The position numbers and the translations under genes were made by a program. Under the pieces are notes generated by a model. It ran no database searches, was not told the origin of the DNA, and saw only the letters and a program-made list of their open reading frames with translations. From assembly GCA_021734445.1 (NCBI GenBank), contig JAIPIY010000001.1, positions 185,306 to 249,305 of the forward strand: a stretch of 64,000 nt of DNA. The letters run 5' to 3'. Shown in pieces: positions 29,626 to 38,601 of this stretch; positions within the stretch are counted from its first letter, which is position 1, and each line of letters begins with the position of its first letter. This stretch comes from Minisyncoccota bacterium. Its GTDB lineage: Bacteria > Patescibacteriota > Minisyncoccia > Phycocordibacterales > UBA1006.

Positions 29626-30300
29626 ATGAATCACAAAGACCAACTACAATCTTTGAAAGACTATTTTACCCAAGCATATGTAACTGGTACCGACGTATGG
29701 ACACACATTCCCTACCAAGACACAGCGTTTGGAATTTTATCGCAAACTGATTTACCCAAAGATCCTTTTGTATTAGACATTGGTGCAGGTCGTGGACGTT
29801 GGGGTTTGAAACTGGTTGAAGCTGGTGCAAAAGTTATCGGTATCGACATTGTCCCTGAAATTGTAAAAAAAGCAAATGAAGAAATAAAACATCTGGGCAA
29901 AGAATCTCGTATTCGTTTTGTCGAAGCAGATGTATTTGATATACCATTGGCAGATACCAGTTTTGATATGGCAACCGATATTGGCACGTTACAACATATT
30001 CCCCATACCACGTGGCAACATTATGCTGACGAAGTAGTTCGTATTTTGAAACCACGTGGGTATTATTTTAATGTATCTTTATCACGTGCAACCCCAAGAT
30101 TTTTTGATACTCTGCCACCAACATTAGAAGAAGGTCATGTTACAAAATTTGGTGTTCCTTATCATTTTTTTACCAAACACGAAATCCGCGAACTGTTTGA
30201 ACCTGAATTAGAATGCATTGATCAGGATGTGGTGTTTATTAATACAAAAAATGGCCCAGAAAAACAAATCGCATTATTGTTCTCGCTGTTTCAAAAATAA
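29626..30300 (+). CDS. Class I SAM-dependent methyltransferase
   Basis: Motif I VLDIGAGRGRWGLKL, an acidic loop at IGIDI, and the motif post-I/II spacing. Confidence 0.75.
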   Translation: MNHKDQLQSLKDYFTQAYVTGTDVWTHIPYQDTAFGILSQTDLPKDPFVLDIGAGRGRWGLKLVEAGAKVIGIDIVPEIVKKANEEIKHLGKESRIRFVEADVFDIPLADTSFDMATDIGTLQHIPHTTWQHYADEVVRILKPRGYYFNVSLSRATPRFFDTLPPTLEEGHVTKFGVPYHFFTKHEIRELFEPELECIDQDVVFINTKNGPEKQIALLFSLFQK

Positions 30301-30659
30301 ATAATAACCCCAACCACCTGATCTTTTTCTATTTTTAGCTTATTTTAACATTCTACCATTCGTGCGAAAGGTTCCATATATAAAAAGAGCTGTTTTATTT
30401 CGATTAAAATAAAAGACCCCCACCGAAATGATGAAGGTCCTCGATACGAAATGATTGGGGTCATACGCACATCCATATAGCAATACATCCAACAAGAACG
30501 TAGGGCCAATACTGAATAGTGGTCAGAATACACCAAGCAAATACAAAAAGAGCAATTATTGTTTTCATGTACATCAATTAAGGTTCGCGACCAAATGTAA
30601 CACAATCATGAATCAGATGCAATCACTATCAAGAAAGTATGTGATATACTAGTAATTAT

Positions 30660-31457
30660 ATGAAAATCATCTCATGGAACGTAAATGGTATTCGTGCTGT
30701 GCATAGAAAAAATCTTTTGGTGCCTTTTATCACCGAACATGATCCAGACATTATTTGTTTCCAAGAAACAAAAGCACAACAATCTGAATCTCCTGTTAAT
30801 ATTCCTGTATACCAAGAATATTGGAATTCTGCAGAAAAAAAAGGATACAGTGGTACTGCAATTTTTACCAAAGAAAAACCCATTTCTGTTACCTATGGTT
30901 TTTCTGAATCGGTGAATAAAAAATATAATTTCAAAGATTCTTTTGGAGACACATCAAAAGAAGGTCGTGTCATAACAGCTGAATATAAAAAATTCTTCTT
31001 GGTAAATGTATACACACCAAACGCAAAAGATGACCTGGGGCGATTACCTATGAGGTATGATAATTGGGATCCAGCTTTTCTAGAACACTGTAATGAATTG
31101 CAAAAGAAAAAACCCGTCATCATGTGTGGAGATTTTAATGTAGCTCATACCGAAGATGATTTGGCCCGACCAAAACAAAATATTGGTAACAAAGGTTTCA
31201 CCAACAAAGAACGAATCGGAATCGACAACATTATCACAGCTGGTTTTGCAGATACATTTCGATTATTCACCCAAGGTAACGGACACTACACCTGGTGGAG
31301 TCATTTTGGAAAATCACGAGAAAGAAACGTTGGATGGAGAATAGATTATTTTTTTGCTTCAAAAAAACTGACATCAAAAATTAACCAAGCAAAAATATTG
31401 CCAGATATCATGGGTTCTGACCATTGCCCTGTTTCTCTTGAAATTGACTTGGGTTAA
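30660..31457 (+). CDS. xth: Exodeoxyribonuclease III / AP endonuclease
   Basis: MKIISWNVNGIRA...ICFQETK... and C-terminal ...DYFFAS...SDHCPV are EEP-family Xth hallmarks. Confidence 0.9.
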   Translation: MKIISWNVNGIRAVHRKNLLVPFITEHDPDIICFQETKAQQSESPVNIPVYQEYWNSAEKKGYSGTAIFTKEKPISVTYGFSESVNKKYNFKDSFGDTSKEGRVITAEYKKFFLVNVYTPNAKDDLGRLPMRYDNWDPAFLEHCNELQKKKPVIMCGDFNVAHTEDDLARPKQNIGNKGFTNKERIGIDNIITAGFADTFRLFTQGNGHYTWWSHFGKSRERNVGWRIDYFFASKKLTSKINQAKILPDIMGSDHCPVSLEIDLG

Positions 31458-31494
31458 CCCGCATGATATTGTAAAAATAGATAAAACTTGAACC

Positions 31495-31926
31495 TTGGAA
31501 ATCATGAACGGACAAAAAGTTCCTCAAAGATATAATCTGATGAAGATTACTATCTGGTGTGCATTATTTGCACCCCTATTTTTCGAAATTTTTAATGCGT
31601 GTACGGGGTTTGTCCTTGTAAAGCATGGTGTTATGGAACGTTGGCCAATATTTGCCTATATGACCATCCCATTTATTGCTGGGGCAATCATCCAAAAATT
31701 ACAGCACATAAGGCCCGACATTCTCACTAGAATATTTCTCATGATGTGTTGGGTATTAGCATTCTTTGTATCTTCCCTGTTTTGGGAAAGCCTCTTACGG
31801 CAAACCCCGCAAGGAATTCAGGCAGTAAGGATGCTGGTAATGTACCCAACATTAATTACTGGTATTTGCTTTGCTTTTGGCCTAAGCATTAGGGCAACCA
31901 ACTTATTTCAAACACAGACCAAATAG
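31495..31926 (+). CDS. Hypothetical polytopic membrane protein
   Basis: Four predicted TM segments and no recognisable domain. Confidence 0.45.
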   Translation: MEIMNGQKVPQRYNLMKITIWCALFAPLFFEIFNACTGFVLVKHGVMERWPIFAYMTIPFIAGAIIQKLQHIRPDILTRIFLMMCWVLAFFVSSLFWESLLRQTPQGIQAVRMLVMYPTLITGICFAFGLSIRATNLFQTQTK

Positions 31927-31936
31927 TTCATATCAT

Positions 31937-32009
31937 CCCGCCACAGAACATCGTGGCGGGATTTTTTATACATAAAAATATGCCCGTGGTCGCTGTTGCA
32001 ACCACGGGC
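31937..32009. terminator. Back-to-back terminators: cccgccacagaacatcgtggcggg+T7 and gcccgtggtcgctgttgcaaccacgggc
   Basis: Two GC-rich hairpins between the convergent genes 31495-31926 (+) and 32032-32667 (-). Confidence 0.55.
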
Positions 32010-32031
32010 ATTTGATTTTCAGGAGCTTTTT

Positions 32032-32667
32032 TCAGGATCCGAATTCCTGCCGATAAAGAAGGGCTATGTCACCCATCTGATCTTTAAAAGCAACCAGTTT
32101 ATCGCGAAAATTTGCAGCCTCTTCATAGTGGTGCTCCCTTACTAATCTGTCTTTTTCAGAATTCAAACGGTCAATCTCCAGAAAATTTGGATACTGTGGA
32201 TTCAAAAAATCCAGTCGCTTCTGAATACCTTTCAAGTAATCTTGCGAATCTTTTGATGCGACCAGTTCTACCGAGAAAGAAAAATCGGGCGACCAATAAC
32301 CCAAATCTTTGAATTCGATTAAAATCTCAGCGAGACCTTTTCCGATGCGGAATGCCTCCCTCATTTTTCTGAACTGAATACGACCAGCCCCTGACCCTTC
32401 TTCAATCCAGACATTTGAGATGTCGGAAAAAGAAAACGGCGGAATTTCTTCTCTGTTCTGCAAAATAAATACGACAGATTGTATTTCTTCTGTCGAAGCT
32501 GTCACCGGATTCAATACAGATCCACTGCAAAGCAAATTAATCTGCCAAGCAAAATCTTTCGATTGTGAATTAATACCAATTTTCGGTTGATCCAAGACTA
32601 GACGGAGCAACAAAAGGTTCAAAGCGTTCATGGTGTAGCTGTTAATGGAACAATAATTTAAAAACAC
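32032..32667 (-). CDS. Hypothetical protein with a C-terminal UVR (UvrB/UvrC-type) motif
   Basis: The C-terminal LEIDRLNSEKDRLVREHHYEEAANFRDKLVAFKDQ fits the UVR-domain consensus. The true start is probably at Met 32631. Confidence 0.45.
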   Translation of the reverse strand: MFLNYCSINSYTMNALNLLLLRLVLDQPKIGINSQSKDFAWQINLLCSGSVLNPVTASTEEIQSVVFILQNREEIPPFSFSDISNVWIEEGSGAGRIQFRKMREAFRIGKGLAEILIEFKDLGYWSPDFSFSVELVASKDSQDYLKGIQKRLDFLNPQYPNFLEIDRLNSEKDRLVREHHYEEAANFRDKLVAFKDQMGDIALLYRQEFGS

Positions 32668-32763
32668 TTTTACATATTTATTTCATAATGTCAATTTGTG
32701 TATTTTTATTTCATCAATATACCAAAAGGTTTTTAAAAATAGGAATTAAATACTGTAATGATT

Positions 32764-33540
32764 TTAAACTTTTGGTAAAGAATTCCAAAGCAATTTGAAC
32801 ATTGCTTGTAATAAACCTTGCATAACATTGTCTCTAATAAGAACAATCTTTATTTCTTTGCCATCTGCACGAATAAGACCAATAGTATTTCCAAATATTA
32901 TAAATACACCCGGAATAGAAACCTTTTCTTCGAGAAAACGAAAATCTCGAAATTTTCCAATTCTTTCACTCATTTTTTTATATTTAAGAACAGATCTATC
33001 AGTAATAGAATATGCTGTCGTGTTAAATTCCATTCTGCGCAAAGAGTATAGTTTATATAGCTGCTCAACAGAAAAAACATTAAACATCGTATCCATAGTA
33101 CCGAACCAATAGACATCAGATCTCTCATTTAGCATTTTTTCAATTAAAACTAGGATGCCAGGTTTTCCTTCAAGGGTTTCAACATCAGTTTTTTCATTAA
33201 CATTTTTATCTAAATTTTCTACAAGAGAAATCATATTTTCTACAAAACCTTCTTTTCTTTGCAACTCTTCTTTTTCTTCATTTATGAATACGCGAAGCGT
33301 CTGTGGTTCTGCGATGCCGAGGAGCGTTCTCTTCCCTTTTCTTTTTTCAATAAGCAATCCTTTCTTTTTTAATTCTTCAAGCTCAAGATACACAGTAGTC
33401 CTTTTTATATTTATCAAGCGTGAAATTTGCGAAGGATTCAAAAATCCTTCTTTTGCAAGCACGCTATATACAAGAGATTGTTTTTCAGTTAATCCCAGAG
33501 CCTTCTTTGCTAAGCTATTTATTTCCTTAAGTGTCGACAT
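32764..33540 (-). CDS. TrmB-family transcriptional regulator (second copy)
   Basis: wHTH LTEKQSLVYSVLAKEGFLNPSQISRLINIKRTTVYLELEEL plus the TrmB C-terminal domain. Confidence 0.65.
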   Translation of the reverse strand: MSTLKEINSLAKKALGLTEKQSLVYSVLAKEGFLNPSQISRLINIKRTTVYLELEELKKKGLLIEKRKGKRTLLGIAEPQTLRVFINEEKEELQRKEGFVENMISLVENLDKNVNEKTDVETLEGKPGILVLIEKMLNERSDVYWFGTMDTMFNVFSVEQLYKLYSLRRMEFNTTAYSITDRSVLKYKKMSERIGKFRDFRFLEEKVSIPGVFIIFGNTIGLIRADGKEIKIVLIRDNVMQGLLQAMFKLLWNSLPKV

Positions 33541-33708
33541 ATTATGTCACTTTATTATATGTATAATATCCTTATTTTGCAAGTTATTTAAAGATTTATT
33601 TATAATAAATAATAACTTATTCATATCTATTGGCATTCTTTTGAGATTCAAGATATTGTGTGTTTAGAAACTAGGGAATAGTTCCTTGATAATTAAATAG
33701 AAAATAAG

Positions 33709-33984
33709 ATGACAATCTTCACTTTTATCTGTTTAATCCTCTACTCTTGCGTGGGATTTCTAGGATTATATTCTTGCTTTAAGGCAACAAAACGCGTTAA
33801 AAGGATTTATTCAAAAAAAGCACTCCTGATTATTGCACCCGCTATGTACATGCTGGAATTTATTCCATTAGTATTTTTAAGTGCATTAATTGCGGTGCCA
33901 AATGGTTGGCTCACTGTGTTGTTACTCTTATTACCATTGGTGTTGAATATAGTGGTTGTCAAAATTGCTTCTATTAAAAGATGA
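33709..33984 (+). CDS. Small three-TM membrane protein
   Basis: 91 aa, entirely hydrophobic helices. Divergent from the TrmB gene. Confidence 0.35.
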   Translation: MTIFTFICLILYSCVGFLGLYSCFKATKRVKRIYSKKALLIIAPAMYMLEFIPLVFLSALIAVPNGWLTVLLLLLPLVLNIVVVKIASIKR

Positions 33985-34027
33985 CAGACATACTAGCCCT
34001 ACAGACAATTATGTCTGTAGGGCTTCT

Positions 34028-35542
34028 TTATTTCTTTACTCCATGCTTTTTGTGAAGTTTCGCTTTTTCTTCTTCATCAACGGTTTCTTTTTTTTCTTTC
34101 CCTTGATCCCCTAATTGTTTCAATTCCCCATCAGATAATTTTTCTAATTCTGTTACACGTGAAACAAGATATTCAATAGTATTTTTTGTAGGATCTTCTA
34201 TGATTTCTTCTAACAATGCATGTAGCATCCAACCCATACGTGGACCCGGTTTCATATGCATTTCTTTGATCATATAACCACCATCGATTTTTAGCTGTGA
34301 AACACTGATTGGGTCGCGCAAAGTCTCTTCGATCATTGCAAAATATTTTCGCAGACGGTATGGAGCTTCTTTTTTCTTCATACCTACACGGTCACATTCG
34401 CGAATGCGCATTAATTCCCAAATAGCATGATCTTCACGTGAAACATCTTTTTCTACATCTGTTGGTGCCATATTATTAATCATTCTTCGCACGGGAGATA
34501 GGGTTATTATTTCGGTATCCGAGAAAAACATATGCCAACGAACCAGCCGTGAAACTATTTCAATATCTTTTTTAGGGAATTTCAATCGTGACATAATATC
34601 TTTTGCCATTCGTGCACCCACTACCTCGTGCCCAAAGAAAGTATACTTATCTTTGTTTTTATCATATCGTCTGGTTCGTGGTTTTCCAATGTCATGAAAC
34701 AATGCAGCCAGTTTCACATGAAACGAATAGTTTTTATCAGCAGCATGCTGTAATGCATGACAAAGATGATCAAACACATCATATATATGTGCACCTTTTT
34801 GTTCGCATTTTATTCCCTCTAATAGTTCAGGAATAATATATTGCATCAGCCCTAGTTTCACGAGAAACCCAATACCCACGGATGGTTCACGTGAAACAAT
34901 AATTTTTACAAATTCATCACGAATTCTTTCACGTGAAACCTTTTCCAATAGATTAGCATTCTCGAAAATTGCCTGCATTGTTTCATGTGAAACAGAAAAC
35001 CCTAATTGAGCCGAAAAACGTACTGCTCGCATCATACGTAATGCATCTTCTTTGAATCTTTCGTCAGGATTTCCCACTGCTCTAACGGACATGTCTTTTA
35101 TATCCTCATGTCCTTTATATAAATCAATCAAATGTCCGATAGACAGATCGTACGCCATGGCGTTTATGGTAAAGTCCCGACGCATCAAATCGTCCTCTAA
35201 TTTTTTACTGAATACTACCTGATCAGGATGTCGATGGTCGGTGTATCCAACGTCTAGACGATATGGGGTAATTTCCACGGTACGAATATTCGAATCAGCA
35301 TCTTCGGTTTCATCTACAATACCCACCGTCCCAAATGTATTTTCATACACAACCCGAAAACCAGCGGTTTCAAAAACCTGCATAATTTGTTCAGGGTTTG
35401 CATCAGTTGTAATATCCCAATCATTTGGGGTTCGCCCCATAATCATGTCACGTACACAACCACCCACCAGATATGCTTCGTATCCAACTGATTGCAATGT
35501 CTTTATTTGAGCTATAATTTTTTCTGGCACCTGAAATTCCAT
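34028..35542 (-). CDS. cca: CCA-adding tRNA nucleotidyltransferase with an HD domain
   Basis: Pol-beta NT motif YLVGGCVRD...DWD and the HD motif LAALFHDIGKP. 504 aa. Confidence 0.9.
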   Translation of the reverse strand: MEFQVPEKIIAQIKTLQSVGYEAYLVGGCVRDMIMGRTPNDWDITTDANPEQIMQVFETAGFRVVYENTFGTVGIVDETEDADSNIRTVEITPYRLDVGYTDHRHPDQVVFSKKLEDDLMRRDFTINAMAYDLSIGHLIDLYKGHEDIKDMSVRAVGNPDERFKEDALRMMRAVRFSAQLGFSVSHETMQAIFENANLLEKVSRERIRDEFVKIIVSREPSVGIGFLVKLGLMQYIIPELLEGIKCEQKGAHIYDVFDHLCHALQHAADKNYSFHVKLAALFHDIGKPRTRRYDKNKDKYTFFGHEVVGARMAKDIMSRLKFPKKDIEIVSRLVRWHMFFSDTEIITLSPVRRMINNMAPTDVEKDVSREDHAIWELMRIRECDRVGMKKKEAPYRLRKYFAMIEETLRDPISVSQLKIDGGYMIKEMHMKPGPRMGWMLHALLEEIIEDPTKNTIEYLVSRVTELEKLSDGELKQLGDQGKEKKETVDEEEKAKLHKKHGVKK

Positions 35543-35628
35543 ATAGCATAAAGTGTATACTAATTGGGTTGATTTTCAAAGCAAAACAGTATACACTTTG
35601 AAAGTCTTATCAAAGATGTGCAATATAT

Positions 35629-35700
35629 GCACCTGTGGTGAAATGGATATCACAACGGTCTTCGGAACCGTTATTCTAGGTTCGAATCCTGGCAGGTGCA
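35629..35700 (+). tRNA. tRNA-Arg (anticodon TCG), CCA not encoded
   Basis: Hand-folded cloverleaf: acceptor gcacctg/caggtgc, D-arm gtga-aatggata-tcac, anticodon arm acggt-cTTCGGa-accgt, T-arm ctagg-ttcgaat-cctgg, discriminator A. Confidence 0.75.
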
Positions 35701-35868
35701 CAAAAACAATCGAATACAATACAACGTATTTTATACGTATTGCTTTTGCAATGTGTCAGGATTTGAAAAAGTCGCCCGCAAAGCCGACAAAGTCGTAGGC
35801 GACGACGGGGTCGAGCGAATGAGATATTTTAAGTCCGCGCGACGGACGAAAAAATATCCATGAGGGTG

Positions 35869-35895
35869 ACTGAATCCTGGCAGGTGCACAAATAA
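35869..35895 (+). repeat. Direct repeat of the 3' 21-23 nt of tRNA-Arg (gaatcctggcaggtgcacaaa), about 170 bp downstream
   Basis: Exact match to 35682-35704. att-site-like duplication of the tRNA 3' end. Confidence 0.5.
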
Positions 35896-36001
35896 ATATA
35901 AAACAGTGAAACATACTATGTTTCACTGTTTTATATTTAGAGTAATAAAATAAAAAAAACCGCCAGCATTACCTGAAACGGATTTGGAGTCTCCCCCTAA
36001 A

Positions 36002-36280
36002 TTAATTATTCTTTGGAATTCTTTGTTCAAGTAGGTACACAGCAAGCCATAACAATGAAACAATAACCACTGACCAAAAAAACAAGCAACCGACACTTGC
36101 CATCACAAAAATAGCAAATATATTAAGAATATCAAAACTTTCAATGAATCGAATAAGTAATTTGAAAAGATCAAAAGTGCCATCCTTAAAAAAGATCCAA
36201 TATGGAACATAATAAAAAACAAAAAGGATGCACGTCCAAAAAAGAAAACTGAGAATTCCAGGAACAATTTTTGCCTTCAT
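36002..36280 (-). CDS. Small hydrophobic membrane protein (hypothetical)
   Basis: 92 aa, three TM-like stretches. AT-rich, so it may be spurious. Confidence 0.3.
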   Translation of the reverse strand: MKAKIVPGILSFLFWTCILFVFYYVPYWIFFKDGTFDLFKLLIRFIESFDILNIFAIFVMASVGCLFFWSVVIVSLLWLAVYLLEQRIPKNN

Positions 36281-36391
36281 GAATGCATGATGTTGGTTTC
36301 ATTTAGTGTCACTTTTTTATTAAATAAAGTCAATATATTAAGTAAAAAGATTGCATATTCATAAAAAAATAGCTATACTACAAAACGTTAT

Positions 36392-36407
36392 GCGGGTATG
36401 GTTTAGT
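36392..36407 (+). repeat. Duplicate of the first 16 nt of tRNA-Gly(GCC) (gcgggtatggtttagt), about 90 nt upstream of the intact gene
   Basis: Exact 16-nt match to 36479-36494, followed by an unrelated hairpin tccgccagaaaacaaggcgga. Confidence 0.4.
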
Positions 36408-36478
36408 TCCGCCAGAAAACAAGGCGGATAAAGTCCGAACACGTACGGTTAACATAATTACATAAAGCAACGACAAAT

Positions 36479-36549
36479 GCGGGTATGGTTTAGTGGTAGA
36501 ACACGTCCTTGCCAAGGATGAGTCGGGAGTTCGATTCTCCCTACCCGCA
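36479..36549 (+). tRNA. tRNA-Gly (anticodon GCC), CCA not encoded
   Basis: Acceptor gcgggta/tacccgc, anticodon arm cgtcc-tTGCCAa-ggatg, T-arm gggag-ttcgatt-ctccc. Followed by a long hairpin terminator at 36555-36594. Confidence 0.85.
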
Positions 36550-37303
36550 CAAAAACACAAAAGTCTGAATATTATAATATTCAGACTTTTGTGTTTAACC
36601 CAGAAAGAAAATGAATCAAAATAAGATGATCAGCTGGAGATTATATAAATTGCTTTAAAGTACATCTATAGAATCTAACGGACATATGTGATACATGTCC
36701 GTTATTACCACGTTTTTCTTTAGATTAATACAATAATAAAAGACACCATCCTGAAAAATCCCCTGAAATCAACAAATTGTGGATATCTCTGTGTACACGG
36801 TGCACAAATAACACATTTTTATAAACGACACAAGATGTCTTTTATACTAAAAACCGTAAAAAAGCCTTATCCTACAACACCCCACCGTTTTTTCACATAA
36901 ATATTGTTTTTTAAGGGATTTTTACTATTCACAGATATCAAAGTGTTTCACGTGAAACATATGTAAAAATACACAAAATGTTACATGTGAAACACTATTT
37001 TTATACTAAAAGCTGCTGACATAGTTTCACGTGGCACAAATTAGAGATATTTAGTCTGAGCATATTAAAAAGTTTCATGTGAAGCAAAACTCTGGTTCAT
37101 AAATTAGTTTAACATGAAACTTTTATAAGAAATCAAAAATCCCAGATTCCCGAATACTCGGGAATGACAAATGAGACATAATAGTCCATCTCCATCACTT
37201 TCAGCGAATAAAAATAACTTATGGCAAATAAAATCCCGATACATATACTTGTTTCACATGAAACGCAAAAGTAGTATAATAAAAACACCTGAAAAGGTTT
37301 CAC

Positions 37304-37708
37304 ATGAAACAATTTACATCAAAAACACAGAAAATAGGGGAAATTGGTGAATCTTTGGCTTGCAAGTTTCTCGTGAAACATGGTTTTTCGATTATTGAGA
37401 GAAATCACACAAGAAAATGGGGTGAAATCGATATTATTGCGGAAAAGAGCAGCGTTTTGCATTTTGTCGAGGTAAAAACAGTTTCATGTGAAACAATTGA
37501 TAAAATAGGGAATGATCCAAAGTATATGCAAGTGATTCAGAACGTGCACACAAAGAAAGTTTCTCGTATGAAAAAGATTATTCAAACATACCTATTAGAG
37601 AATAACGTTTCACATGAAACCAAATGGCAATTTGATATTATTGCTGTTCATCTGGAAAAAGATCACAATCGTGCAAAAATTACTATACTAGAGAATATCA
37701 TCCTTTAA
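37304..37708 (+). CDS. YraN-family (UPF0102) predicted endonuclease
   Basis: GEIGESLACKFLVKHGFSIIERNHTRKWGEIDIIAEK...HFVEVKT matches the YraN core and has an insertion. The ATG is at the centre of a GTTTCACATGAAAC palindrome. Confidence 0.7.
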   Translation: MKQFTSKTQKIGEIGESLACKFLVKHGFSIIERNHTRKWGEIDIIAEKSSVLHFVEVKTVSCETIDKIGNDPKYMQVIQNVHTKKVSRMKKIIQTYLLENNVSHETKWQFDIIAVHLEKDHNRAKITILENIIL

Positions 37709-37856
37709 TATTATAAGGAGAGGTACCTTTATTTGATTTGCGTTTTCGACGTTCTTCATGTATCATTGTTGTGTACTTTGAGAAAATATGAGAATAGAGA
37801 ACAATGGTAAATATGTTAATTTTAAAGAGTGAAACATTTTATTTTTTGTGACATAT

Positions 37857-37896
37857 GTCGGGGTGTGGTGTAACGGCTAACATGCTGGTTTTGGGG
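37857..37896 (+). repeat. Copy of the 5' half (about 40 nt) of tRNA-Pro, 30 nt upstream of the intact gene
   Basis: tcggggtgtggtgtaacggctaacatgctggttttggg is identical to 37926-37965, then diverges. Confidence 0.55.
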
Positions 37897-37926
37897 AATA
37901 ATAGAATGTACTTTTATAATTTGTGT

Positions 37927-37999
37927 CGGGGTGTGGTGTAACGGCTAACATGCTGGTTTTGGGTACCAGTGACTCTGGGTTCGAATCCCAGCACCCCGA
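37927..37999 (+). tRNA. tRNA-Pro (anticodon TGG), CCA not encoded
   Basis: Acceptor cggggtg/caccccg, anticodon arm ctggt-tTTGGGt-accag, T-arm ctggg-ttcgaat-cccag, discriminator A. Confidence 0.85.
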
Positions 38000-38055
38000 C
38001 AGAGATTGTAATGTGCTTTGTGTATTATTCCAGATGTCCGGGGGACATCTGTGGC

Positions 38056-38088
38056 CCAAAGGGCAGTGACTCTGGGTTCGAATCCCAG
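38056..38088 (+). repeat. Copy of the 3' 33 nt of tRNA-Pro (variable loop, T-arm and acceptor), about 55 nt downstream of the intact gene
   Basis: gtgactctgggttcgaatcccagcaccccgaca is identical to 37969-38001, with no matching 5' acceptor strand. Confidence 0.55.
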
Positions 38089-38207
38089 CACCCCGACATA
38101 CGCCGTAAGAAATTTTGTTGTTCTTATTCATATGTGCAAGAAATCTCATTACTGTAACTAGGTTTATAATTTATTAAAAATTACACAAAACCCTAACAAT
38201 AATCATT

Positions 38208-38501
38208 ATGTCTCCAGAGGCATACCAATTTTTAAAAACAAGAACCGCCGAAACCAACCCTCCAGAGATTGAAGGTGTTTTTTCTTTTCAGGAACTTTCT
38301 CAAAAACTTGCAGATGCAAAGGATTTTCAAACAGCTCGTGAGATATATCAAACAAGTATTACTTGTGCACAAAATGAATCCATTACAGAAATAGATAGAG
38401 ACGAATTACAAGTGTGGGCGCTAGGAAAAATGACTGAATTTGCAAAATCAGAAGAAGAAAAATCTATCATCGAGGATTACTATAAAGCAAACAACTCATA
38501 A
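38208..38501 (+). CDS. Hypothetical acidic protein
   Basis: 97-aa ORF in an otherwise empty interval. No recognisable domain. Confidence 0.35.
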   Translation: MSPEAYQFLKTRTAETNPPEIEGVFSFQELSQKLADAKDFQTAREIYQTSITCAQNESITEIDRDELQVWALGKMTEFAKSEEEKSIIEDYYKANNS

Positions 38502-38601
38502 AAAATAATTTTTCACTAAAATTGTTTTGACAAATAGTCTCATACATGCTAAAAAGTACTTAGCTTGTACTTTTGCAGGTGAACCTTAACAATCAGATCA
38601 A

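Noticed and set aside
36378-36560. ORF 36378-36560 (-)
   Set aside because: Overlaps tRNA-Gly(GCC) and its 5' duplicate.
37877-38157. ORFs 37877-38149 (-) and 37969-38157 (+)
   Set aside because: They overlap the tRNA-Pro gene and its partial copies, and the GC-rich tRNA sequence yields spurious open frames.
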